From Tetramitus jugosus (taxonomy: Eukaryota > Protista > Heterolobosea), in assembly GCA_937625935.1 (NCBI GenBank), contig OW569354.1, positions 310,001 to 374,000 of the forward strand: a stretch of 64,000 nucleotides of DNA, given 5' to 3'. Shown piece by piece: positions 48,007 to 56,601 of this stretch. Every line of letters begins with the position of its first letter. The first letter of the stretch is position 1. The notes under the pieces are model-generated. The model made no database searches and was not told the DNA's origin. It worked only from the letters and a program-made list of their open reading frames with translations. The position numbers were made by a program, and so were the translations under genes.

Positions 48007-48676
48007 CGAACCAAGCAATAAACGCCATTGTTGTCAACCACAGAAGTACAGCGACTAGTGTGAGATGACTCTGTTTCGAGCATTGACTTAGTTGAGGTGT
48101 CGGAAAGAACGCAGTTGTAGATTGATTGCTCACACTCATTACAATAATCATTTGACTGGCGAAAGGAGGTTCCAAAGTGGAATTGTAACATATCGGGTTG
48201 GCTACTTGACCCAATACACACTCTGAATCCGCAAGGTCAACCACTGCTATACTCTCATCAATATTCAAACGTAAACACCTTCTTCCCAAATCCAAACTTA
48301 AACTTGAATAATAGAGGATCGATTGCCCTCTTATCAGTTTTTCATTCTGCCCTTGGTCCCATGTGAAGTTGAACATTTTCAATCTGAAAATAGGAGTGAG
48401 ACAGGGGAAAGCTCCCGTTTGACGCATATCCAAAGTGAGAACCGTTTTGTCGATTGATAGAACTCCTGTAGGAGATATGGGAGAACATCCACTCGTACAG
48501 ATGAAACTCACTCCCAGTGAGTCCCCTCGTTTGGTGATTGCGAATGAGACAGGTTGTATGTGTGCTTGCACAAAGTAGAAACGATTCTCGAAATGGGTCT
48601 CTTGTTCCTTACAGAGTGTCACGGTCGACCATAGAATTAATAACAAGAGAAGTAGTGGAGTCGGGGAGCGAAGCAT
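47999..48676 (-). CDS. Secreted or GPI/membrane-anchored Cys-containing protein
   Basis: N-terminal signal peptide (LLLLLLILWSTVTLC) and a hydrophobic C-terminal tail. Confidence 0.65.
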   Translation of the reverse strand: MLRSPTPLLLLLLILWSTVTLCKEQETHFENRFYFVQAHIQPVSFAITKRGDSLGVSFICTSGCSPISPTGVLSIDKTVLTLDMRQTGAFPCLTPIFRLKMFNFTWDQGQNEKLIRGQSILYYSSLSLDLGRRCLRLNIDESIAVVDLADSECVLGQVANPICYNSTLEPPFASQMIIVMSVSNQSTTAFFPTPQLSQCSKQSHLTLVAVLLWLTTMAFIAWFVK

Positions 48677-48876
48677 TTTAATTCTGATTGTTGTTTCGTT
48701 CGGAAGGAGTTGACCTCATGGATCAACCACAAAAAAGAAAGTTTCGCGTGAATCAAAACCAATTCTTTATTTGGAATTAGAATTAATTTTGTATCCCAAA
48801 AGGTAGACAAACAATTCTAGCTCACCCACGTACCGACATCGGTTGTAGTTTCACACAGTTTTCCACTGTTGAGTAT

Positions 48877-51822
48877 TCAGCTGTCCAGTTCAAAGTGAAT
48901 AAATTTTGTCATCTGAACCGAGATCTCCGAGTAGAGAACTGTTGGGTAGATATTTTCAAAGTCGACGTAAACTTCACCATTTTCCAAACTTACGGTAAAA
49001 CCGAGCAGCTTCGAATAGGACAGCACCCGCTGCACAGAGTCGATATTTTGTAATAAACTGGCACCAAGTCGCATATGGCCACGTGAGGGCACGTGTAACC
49101 TGGTGAGTGCCTCTCCTGATCGCCGGCCGACTTCTAAGCTGACAAAGATGAGAAGTGAGGGCAACCAAGAGAACGAATGGACATCATTATTGCCGTTAAA
49201 AACCTCTTTCTCGAGACCTCTTTCCAATCCCTTATAAATCGTGTAGTTTGATATAAAAACACCATCATTAGTCTTCAATGATGGATCAAGATCTGAAATA
49301 AAGCTCAAGAAACCTTCATAGAAAGCCAAGATATGAGAAACAGGCGACAGTTGGACATCAGGTGCCTTCCAATCGTTCATGTACTTAAATTGTGCGTTAT
49401 GATTTCGAATATTCGCCTTGATAAATAGATAGGACAAAACAGGTGCTGTATCATCAGCTCCGGCTCTCCATTCATCATCCTTTGTGTCCTCTTCTGCACT
49501 GCTTCTTCCCTGGATTTCTCGCTTCTTTTTCCTATTGTTTGACCGATTCTGCTTCACTTCAACGAGCACTCGATCTCTGAACACAGCTAACATGTCAATT
49601 TTCTTCGAAAATGTTTTGGCTTTGCTCATATCCTCCAGTAACCGCACTGAGCTCTCAAAGGGCTTCTCAGTCACATCCAGTGGTAAGAACTCCTTGTTTA
49701 CTCCTAGGTGTTCTGGCGTACAAAAATCTAGACTCTCGAGCTTGTGATTCAACAGCAAGTCCTTTTCCTGATACGTCTTTTCATACAGAGAAAACAATGT
49801 GTCACCAAATTTCAAGTGTACATAGGCAGGAATGAGTGGCTCATACTCCTCTTGACACATATTCCTAATATCAACGATCTGTTCTTCAAACATAAATGAC
49901 TCCGTTCCTGGATCGTCCTTCTTTGACCGAGAAACTACGGTGGCTCGTCTGGATCGCTTCTCTGCATTCATGGAACGATCAGACAATACCATGAAAGCAG
50001 CATCAAAGTACGACCACACTTCCTCTTTGATAAAAGCAATGAAGGACTGAATATCTTCAATCGCATAGTACAACATCACTGATTTTTGATTTCCTCTCCT
50101 CTTAGCAGCAGAATGATAACTGCCCTGGAAAGATGATTGGAAAAAATCAAACGCGTTACCAATGTACGAATTCTCGGCTCGATTCGACAATATTTTGTGA
50201 ACCAATTCATCAAATTGACTATTATCAGATAAACTCTTGCACAGAATCTCCATGTGAGAATTCAATTCATCCCTTCTCAGGTATTCATTAACAATTCTGA
50301 ATTGCTTCCATTTGAGAGCATACGATAATTTTGGGCCATTGTCTTCATCGCGTCGAATTCCATATTGTTCAATCGACTTTGATGCCACACCATTTGCAAT
50401 TTGCTCCTTGAGTGCCGATGATGACTCACATTTGATTTGAAACAGTGCTGTTGCAAAGCAATTTTTGACACTTCCCTTTGTAAATGTTCCCTTCTCTACA
50501 TCTGTTCCGTGCCACCTACCATACATGGCATCACCATTTGGCCAATACATGGTTCCCTTGCCTTTTCTCTCACCCTTGGAAAACTTTCCTTCATAGATGG
50601 CACCATCACTATAAATGTAGACACCATGACCGTGAAACAAACCATCTTTCCATCCTCCAAAATACCGGTTCATATTGGAAAACACTTGCACTCCATAACC
50701 GTGCTTCTTATTCGCTAAAAACCCTCCAAAATAAGTGTCTCTCGAGTACAATTCACCTTCTCTGCACATATGAAAATCATTCCAATCCAACAAGACAATA
50801 TCGGCTCTCGGTCTCAACTCTATATAACCCCAATAGTTCCAATTCTTGCCCATTGACACCTTGAACCTCGTTTGTGCATTCGGTTTATCATCCATCCACT
50901 CACCAATCACCATCCATGATTGATTATTGTTGTTACGACTATTATAAATCAACTTTCCGAAGCCATGTCTCTTTCCATGCTCAAAATCACCATCATACAC
51001 AGTACCATTCGGATAAATCAATGATCCCGATCCATGAGGCACCTCCAAGAAATTACCCAACTGATTCAACAGAGAACCCGTGTAGGTGTACTCTCCCTTG
51101 TCTCGAATCGTATATGTTACAGTCTTTAAATCTCCGGGTAGGATAGGCGGAGAATAACAATCCATGGAAGAAGAAGCTTCACTGTAGGATGTCATATTCT
51201 CAGATTCAGTCTCATTTTTGGTCGCATCATTCGCTTGTTGCTGTTGCTGTTGATTGTTCTTATTTTTGTGAACGAGCGCTCGTAAATGATTTTTCTTGCT
51301 AAAAATACTCTTGAGCTTGAATCGATGTGTGGATTTGGATGTCGTCGATGTCGATGTGTTATTGTTGGTGGTGGTGGTGGTAGTGGCAGTAGTAGCAGTA
51401 GTGACAGTGTTTGTAAAAGTGGTGGTTGCTGTTTCTGCTGATAGTATATCGTTTGATGTGTGATCATTTTCATTGTTGATCATGATGGTTTGGTTGTCAT
51501 TGTCATTCTCTTCACTATCATCACTGTTCCCATTGACTCTGGGTGATGGTGAATCACTATTGTTATTGTTATTGTTGTTGTTGTTGTCGTTGTTGGGAGA
51601 CTGATCATCATCATCATCATGGTTGTCGTCAATATTGGTTAATGGAGTTGTAGAGGTCGTTGAAGAGACAATGGCAGCATCTGTCGTTGAACCACCACCA
51701 CTATTCACTACATTGGCCGTAGTACCGGTCGTGCTTGTTGCTGTTGTTGTTGTTGGAGTGGTGGTGTTGTTGTGATTTGACGACGTCGAGTTTTTGGGAG
51801 TCGTTTTGGAGAATAGTCCCAT
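48877..51822 (-). CDS. MORN-repeat plus VPS9-domain protein (alsin-like Rab5 GEF)
   Basis: MORN repeats (YDGDFEHGKRHGFG, YFGGWKDGLFHGHG, YEGKFSKGERKGKG) and VPS9 motif GADDTAPVLSYLFIKA. First ATG (MGLFSK) is at 51822. Confidence 0.85.
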   Translation of the reverse strand: MGLFSKTTPKNSTSSNHNNTTTPTTTTATSTTGTTANVVNSGGGSTTDAAIVSSTTSTTPLTNIDDNHDDDDDQSPNNDNNNNNNNNNSDSPSPRVNGNSDDSEENDNDNQTIMINNENDHTSNDILSAETATTTFTNTVTTATTATTTTTTNNNTSTSTTSKSTHRFKLKSIFSKKNHLRALVHKNKNNQQQQQQANDATKNETESENMTSYSEASSSMDCYSPPILPGDLKTVTYTIRDKGEYTYTGSLLNQLGNFLEVPHGSGSLIYPNGTVYDGDFEHGKRHGFGKLIYNSRNNNNQSWMVIGEWMDDKPNAQTRFKVSMGKNWNYWGYIELRPRADIVLLDWNDFHMCREGELYSRDTYFGGFLANKKHGYGVQVFSNMNRYFGGWKDGLFHGHGVYIYSDGAIYEGKFSKGERKGKGTMYWPNGDAMYGRWHGTDVEKGTFTKGSVKNCFATALFQIKCESSSALKEQIANGVASKSIEQYGIRRDEDNGPKLSYALKWKQFRIVNEYLRRDELNSHMEILCKSLSDNSQFDELVHKILSNRAENSYIGNAFDFFQSSFQGSYHSAAKRRGNQKSVMLYYAIEDIQSFIAFIKEEVWSYFDAAFMVLSDRSMNAEKRSRRATVVSRSKKDDPGTESFMFEEQIVDIRNMCQEEYEPLIPAYVHLKFGDTLFSLYEKTYQEKDLLLNHKLESLDFCTPEHLGVNKEFLPLDVTEKPFESSVRLLEDMSKAKTFSKKIDMLAVFRDRVLVEVKQNRSNNRKKKREIQGRSSAEEDTKDDEWRAGADDTAPVLSYLFIKANIRNHNAQFKYMNDWKAPDVQLSPVSHILAFYEGFLSFISDLDPSLKTNDGVFISNYTIYKGLERGLEKEVFNGNNDVHSFSWLPSLLIFVSLEVGRRSGEALTRLHVPSRGHMRLGASLLQNIDSVQRVLSYSKLLGFTVSLENGEVYVDFENIYPTVLYSEISVQMTKFIHFELDS

Positions 51823-51988
51823 TTCTTTAAGTAATAGAACAAAGCTGTGATTGAGGGTTGTTGGGAGTGATGATGTTTGGGTTGTTGGTCGTACGAATGT
51901 CGCTATCTTATTTTGGTCTTGGAAGAAGGGAGCACAACGGTGTTTTTGACATGTGTCAAACGAAGCAAAAACTGCCTGCCTCCCGTGC

Positions 51989-51994
51989 AAAAAA
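51989..51994 (-). terminator. Pol III oligo(T) terminator of tRNA-Tyr
   Basis: TTTTTT on the minus strand 2 nt after the discriminator base. Confidence 0.85.
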
Positions 51995-51996
51995 GT

Positions 51997-52069
51997 TCCT
52001 CCGAGCGTGACTCGAACACGCGACCACAAGATCTACAGTCTCATGCTCTACCATCTGAGCTATCAGAGG
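51997..52069 (-). tRNA. tRNA-Tyr (GTA), intronless
   Basis: The reverse complement CCTCTGA TA GCTC AGATGGTA GAGC A TGAGA CTGTAGA TCTTG TGGTC GCGTG TTCGAGT CACGC TCGGAGG A folds as a 73-nt cloverleaf with a C1-G72 pair and A73. A T6 terminator follows. Confidence 0.97.
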
Positions 52070-52113
52070 AGATGTTAACTGTCCGTTTTTTTATTTTATA
52101 TTCAAAGACATTC

Positions 52114-53442
52114 AAAAAAAACGCAGAAAAAAACGGAATCACATGTCTGGTGATTCAACAAATTTGGTGAAGGAATACGGCAACAGCCGTTATGCAGTGT
52201 GGACCACTGCACGGAAAGGCTCTAGGCCAAGCGACAGAGAGGTGGTCATTACTGGCAACGGTAATGGTGTCTCTCAGTCAGCTTTGGCAAGAAAGATAGG
52301 AGAGGAGTTTGGTGACTGGCTCAACCGAGTCCAGGTCATCAAGAGGAAAGGCCAGCAACGCTTTGTTGCATGGGTGACGGTCAAGGGTGACCGCATCTAT
52401 GACTTTGTTGACTTGTTCAACAAAGAGAGGAGGATTGGCAACAGCACTGCTGCACCCAAGCGCAGTGTTGATTGCACAAGAAAGGTGGTCGTCCATGGCA
52501 TGAAGAACATGTCAGTGGACGACATCAAGAAGCTACTGGGACCTGAGAAGGTTGCCAGTGTGCTCAAGAAGCGCGACACTGCTTTCGTGGTCATGGGTGA
52601 TGAAACCTATGCACGGGCAGTGCTCAGTGGAGAGAACAAGGTCAAGGCCACGGTCACTCGATACGTCGAGAGACCACATGATCCTCTCAAGGCTGTCAAC
52701 AAGAGGTTGACGAAGATGTACGAGGAGCTGCTGACGGTGGTTGACGCACTGCGTCGACAGGTCACAGAACTCACCAAGGAATTGGGAAAGACAAAGGGTC
52801 AAGGGGGCAACAAACCGGTTCCAATGCCGGAACAAGAAGTTGCCCAAGCCACTGCTAGGATGGAGACTACTCCTGAGCTAGTGGAGGCAGAAGAACAGAG
52901 GACTGTAGCAACACCACTGCCATCAGTGCCTGTTGTACAGCTCAGTGCTGAGAACCGGCAAATTCTGGAGCAAGTGAATGCCACTTCTCCAGTGTTCGCC
53001 AAAGTGAAAAAGGAAATTGCTGCATTGGCACTTGCTGCTGCACGCAAAAGGTATGGTTTGACTGAGGACGAACCAGTCATTGTGGATGTGGATGACGACT
53101 CCGAAAGGGAGATTCAGAGCCCACAACTCAATGACAACAAGAAGAGGAGTGCTAGGATCACACTGGGTGATCTGATGAGCAACAAGGCCCAAAACAAGAA
53201 AACAACAACAGATGGCTCTGTGTCCATCGACGGTCCTACTACAAGGTTACGCTCTTTGATGAAGGGCATCAACCAAACCACTCACCAGAGTGATTCTTCC
53301 AACCTGTAGGTGCACCGTCGGGGACAACAAGAGAAGAAGAGTGAATGACGCCCTACGGGTCGTCACTCACAAAACAAGTCAATAAATGAGCAATCGTGTG
53401 CTTGCTGCGCAAGCACACATGGTTGTATGGAACAAAAAAAAA
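52114..53442 (+). mobile_element. Element E1: ORF1-only non-autonomous retroelement, 44 bp upstream of tRNA-Tyr
   Basis: Direct repeat ATATTCAAAGACATTC at 52098-52113 and 53443-53458; A-tail 53434-53443; one 388-aa ORF; 3' hairpins and AATAAA. Confidence 0.9.
52143..53309 (+). CDS. ORF1-like protein of E1: two RRM-like folds, coiled coil and low-complexity C-terminus
   Basis: KVVVHGMKNMSVDDIKKLLG...DTAFVVMGDETYARAVL is RRM-like; heptads LTKMYEELLTVVDALRRQVTEL; paralogous to 53481-54725. Confidence 0.8.
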   Translation: MSGDSTNLVKEYGNSRYAVWTTARKGSRPSDREVVITGNGNGVSQSALARKIGEEFGDWLNRVQVIKRKGQQRFVAWVTVKGDRIYDFVDLFNKERRIGNSTAAPKRSVDCTRKVVVHGMKNMSVDDIKKLLGPEKVASVLKKRDTAFVVMGDETYARAVLSGENKVKATVTRYVERPHDPLKAVNKRLTKMYEELLTVVDALRRQVTELTKELGKTKGQGGNKPVPMPEQEVAQATARMETTPELVEAEEQRTVATPLPSVPVVQLSAENRQILEQVNATSPVFAKVKKEIAALALAAARKRYGLTEDEPVIVDVDDDSEREIQSPQLNDNKKRSARITLGDLMSNKAQNKKTTTDGSVSIDGPTTRLRSLMKGINQTTHQSDSSNL

Positions 53443-53468
53443 ATATTCAAAGACATTCCACCGTAGTG

Positions 53469-54863
53469 TAAAAAACGCCGATGAAAAAACGAACACACAC
53501 CCCTGTTGTTCGTGAGTATGAGAACCCACGCTATGCTGTGTGGACCACAGCACCAAGAGGAACTGCGCCAAGCAGCAAGGAGGTCATCATCACTGGAAAG
53601 TGTGATGACTCTCCCAAGGCTGCCTTGGCCAAGAAGATTGGCTTGGATTTTGGTGATTTGCTCACCAGGGTCCAAGTCATCAAGAAGGGCCCCAAGAGGT
53701 TTGTTGCGTGGGTAACTGTTGTTGATGACAACATTTACCCATTTGTTGAATCCTTCAACCGCAACAAGAAGATGAGTGGCTGCAAGGCAGCACTCAAGCA
53801 CAACGTAGATTGTGCCAAGAAGGTCGTCCTCCACGGTGTCAAAGGTAAGACGGAGGACGACATCAAGGCCATGATTGGCACAACAAAGGTCAAGAACGTG
53901 CTCAAGAAGCACGACACCGCCTTTGTTGTGATGGAGTCCGAAACGTATGCCGAAGCTTTGCTTCGGAACGTTAAATCCATGCCAGTGGAGGTGGAAGCAA
54001 AGCGCTTCCTTCCACGCCCACGTGATCCTGTCAAGGCTGTCAGCAAGAGGCTGACCAAGATGTACCAAGAGCTACTGGCTGTGGTGGACGACCTGCGCCA
54101 CCAAGTCAGTGTGTTAAAAGATATGGCTTCCGTCAACCGGATTCCCCTCGCATCCCCGTCTCCAAGGACGCCGGAGCGAATCTCCGAATTCGAACCTTCG
54201 ACTCCGTCTACGACCGATGATTGGGAGTCGACCATGCCGGAGTCCCATCCCGCCACTCCAACTACGGTCACCCAAGAGCCAACCAACAATACCATTGATG
54301 AGGATGCTCGTAACAGAGCAATCCTCGAGCTAGTATTGAACACCTCCGAGGTGTTCAAGAAAGTCAAGAAAGAGATTGCTGCCCGAGCAATCATGGTGGA
54401 CCGTGCAAGAAGCACAACCACCGAAGAAGATCCAGTTGAGTTGGATCTCAGTAACCCCGACTGTGAGTTACAGAGTCCCCAACTCAACGAACACAAGAAG
54501 CGATCAGCACGTGTCACCGTTGGTGACACTGCTGCCAACAAGATCCCGGCCAGGTTGGCCAGTATCAAGTCAGGTGCTCTCCGTAGGTCCTACCAACTGG
54601 CTAGGACTACGGAGCCATCTGACCTCACCAGTGGTGCTTCAGATGGAAGTGGAGGCCCTCGCAACGAATCCCTGAAGAAGGGATCAAAACAACATTCCAA
54701 GAAGAGAATGAATCCTGTTGCGTAGGCCTGCCACTCCACTGGGCAAGCACCACATCATGTTAGACAATTGAGAGCAGGCAAGCCTGCTCTCACGCAAAAG
54801 AAAAATAAAAGTTCCGCAACGTGGTGCGTGAGCACCATTTGTTGTATTAAAAAAAAAAAAAAA
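53469..54863 (+). mobile_element. Element E2: second ORF1-only retroelement, 54 bp upstream of tRNA-Tyr once E1 is removed
   Basis: Direct repeat ACATTCCACCGTAGTG at 53453-53468 and 54864-54879; A16 tail 54849-54864; one 414-aa ORF. Confidence 0.9.
53481..54725 (+). CDS. ORF1-like protein of E2, paralog of the E1 protein
   Basis: Shared blocks RYAVWTTA, RVQVIK, RFVAWVTV, TAFVVM, KRLTKMY, KVKKEIAA and QSPQLN..KKRSAR. Confidence 0.8.
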   Translation: MKKRTHTPVVREYENPRYAVWTTAPRGTAPSSKEVIITGKCDDSPKAALAKKIGLDFGDLLTRVQVIKKGPKRFVAWVTVVDDNIYPFVESFNRNKKMSGCKAALKHNVDCAKKVVLHGVKGKTEDDIKAMIGTTKVKNVLKKHDTAFVVMESETYAEALLRNVKSMPVEVEAKRFLPRPRDPVKAVSKRLTKMYQELLAVVDDLRHQVSVLKDMASVNRIPLASPSPRTPERISEFEPSTPSTTDDWESTMPESHPATPTTVTQEPTNNTIDEDARNRAILELVLNTSEVFKKVKKEIAARAIMVDRARSTTTEEDPVELDLSNPDCELQSPQLNEHKKRSARVTVGDTAANKIPARLASIKSGALRRSYQLARTTEPSDLTSGASDGSGGPRNESLKKGSKQHSKKRMNPVA

Positions 54864-54879
54864 ACATTCCACCGTAGTG

Positions 54880-55250
54880 AGAAGAGTGGAAGAATGTGAG
54901 AGATGGTGGCTGCAAAAGGCCGTTAGTAGAAGTGTAGCGGACTTTAGCTCCCTCAAAGATCCCCACAGTATAGACAGGCAGCCTGGGTGGTTTCAGATGC
55001 AAGTCCTCAGTGGAACGCTCCATACCGCAGAGGTTGTTAGAGTCCTCTACAACTCAGACAACAATCCCACCAAATGCGTGTGGTGCAGTCAGGAGCCCGA
55101 AAGTGTGCTCCACTGTCTAATTCGGTGCCCAAGAGCGGTTCATGCCAGGAGATGCCTTGCTATGGCGGTTGCAGAAGAAATTAATGGGATGGGTGTGTTG
55201 TATCAAAATATGGTTCGACAATGTGAGGGTGAAAGACGGAAAGGTCTGCT
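54880..55250 (+). pseudogene. Element E3: degenerate non-LTR ORF2 C-terminal fragment (zf-RVT-type CCHC region)
   Basis: ADFSSLKDPHSIDRQPGWFQMQVLSGTLHT...CVWCSQEPESVLHCLIRCPRA, then a frameshift to IWFDNVRVKDGK. Homologous to 56602-57143; no tail or TSD seen. Confidence 0.8.
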
Positions 55251-55419
55251 CTCCAAAATGCGAAACTACATCGTTCGCAGCAACCGAAATGATGGTACTA
55301 AAAAACTTCACCTTCGAGTGGCCGTAATGGCCAGAAAGCAGACAATCATTCAACAAACATATTGCTAGAATACTGGTGTTGTTTAATGGATTTCTAATAG
55401 TGCTCGCCTTATTCATCCT

Positions 55420-56061
55420 CTATCTCAATCTAGCTTTCTTGGACCTCCTCTCTTCATTCTCCCTTTGTCTTTCTTTTTCTCTTCTCCTTTCATCCAAGAT
55501 ATCTCCTTCATAGTCTGATTGTTGGAATACAGAACATAACAGACAATCAAATCTGGAAGATCTCGCACAACAATTGTTTAAGTAAGGAAAGATTTGATGC
55601 TGAACAACAGACATGGGAATGTTCAACTTTTTGTTCAACACATAGGTGGCGTGCTTCTTTCTATACTCGTGGTCATCAGGCACAGTGGGATCCACTTCAA
55701 TCAACCTATTGTCCCTGCCTCGATCCCTATAACAATCAAAACACAAAAACTCATCAGCGACGAGTTTGACATTGCCCCAATCTTCAAAGAAATCAGAGAA
55801 CTCTGCAGAATAGACTGTATGGCCAGTTCGTGACACATCAGCAAACGCAGAACCGTATTGGCACTTCAGAATGATATACTTTCCACTTCTGGACACAACT
55901 TCTCTGGAATAGCAAAACTGGCCACCTTCACAATGGACATGGTTGGCTTCACTATCGACTTCCTTCACCTTCTTGCCCTTGTTCTGTTTTTCGTACTGTC
56001 TGCGGATTGCACATTGTGATTCAGCACCACCACACTCTCGACAACGAAATGGAATACCCAT
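55420..56061 (-). CDS. Cys-rich orphan protein with CxxC pairs and basic C-terminus
   Basis: About 213 aa from ATG 56061; CREC, CFDC and CLLC motifs; ends RRSKKARLR. Confidence 0.55.
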   Translation of the reverse strand: MGIPFRCRECGGAESQCAIRRQYEKQNKGKKVKEVDSEANHVHCEGGQFCYSREVVSRSGKYIILKCQYGSAFADVSRTGHTVYSAEFSDFFEDWGNVKLVADEFLCFDCYRDRGRDNRLIEVDPTVPDDHEYRKKHATYVLNKKLNIPMSVVQHQIFPYLNNCCARSSRFDCLLCSVFQQSDYEGDILDERRREKERQRENEERRSKKARLR

Positions 56062-56431
56062 GGTGATCACTGTTTATTTCTTGGTGTGGATATGAGAAAA
56101 GAGAAAGAACAAAAATTTGGGAACTGCTGCAACCATCCATTGGGCCTTACAATTACATTCAAGTGATAGGAATTATTCTAGGCCTAGTAACTGCCATGCT
56201 ACACTGCGACAATGGTATGTAGTGATCAATCCCTTCCACATTTGACATGCTGCCTAACACATGATTCCCTTCAGCTCCGATTTCTTCACGACACATGGCA
56301 AGAGATCTTCAAAGAGTTCAAAAATGTGTGGATTGTTCAATTCTCACGACTTGCAACAATATTATATTCGATCTGGAACGAACTTTGAAGTGAACGCTCT
56401 CTACGAAATTTTGAACGATCTCTGTGCAAAA

Positions 56432-56550
56432 GCCTACATTACTGAGGGTTCTCGAGTAGTCTCCTATCTCAATACTAACTCAGCCAGATGGTGCTTAACT
56501 TCTCTATTCGAAATGGGAAGAGGTGGTTCCACCATTGTATGAACGTAGAC
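56432..56550 (-). rRNA. 5S ribosomal RNA gene
   Basis: Reverse complement GTCTACGTTCATACAATGGTGGAACCACCTCTTCCCATTTCGAATAGAGAAGTTAAGCACCATCTGGCTGAGTTAGTATTGAGATAGGAGACTACTCGAGAACCCTCAGTAATGTAGGC is 119 nt. It has helix I GTCTAC/GTAGGC, box A-like GAAGTTAAGC, GTTAGTA and box C-like GGAGAC, followed by TTTT (56428-56431). Confidence 0.95.
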
Positions 56551-56601
56551 ATTAGGAGAGTCTAATCTGGATATCTCGACTTTCTCGGTCGTGATGTAGT
56601 T

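Noticed and set aside
52082-52137. Inverted repeat TCCGTTTTTTT / AAAAAAACGGA spanning the E1 5' junction
   Set aside because: Low-complexity and not seen at the E2 or E4 junctions; probably chance.
51823-52170. N-terminal extension of the MORN-VPS9 ORF to 52029, and ORF 51877-52170
   Set aside because: Non-ATG starts overlapping the tRNA-Tyr gene; the real start is most likely ATG 51822.
52143-54725. Reading the two paralogous ORFs as a simple tandem host-gene duplication or an LTR element
   Set aside because: Each has its own poly(A) and distinct TSD. There are no LTRs, PBS, or shared flanks beyond the TSDs.
56261-56542. 93-aa ORF on the + strand
   Set aside because: Its 3' portion is the antisense of the 5S rRNA gene; no protein features.
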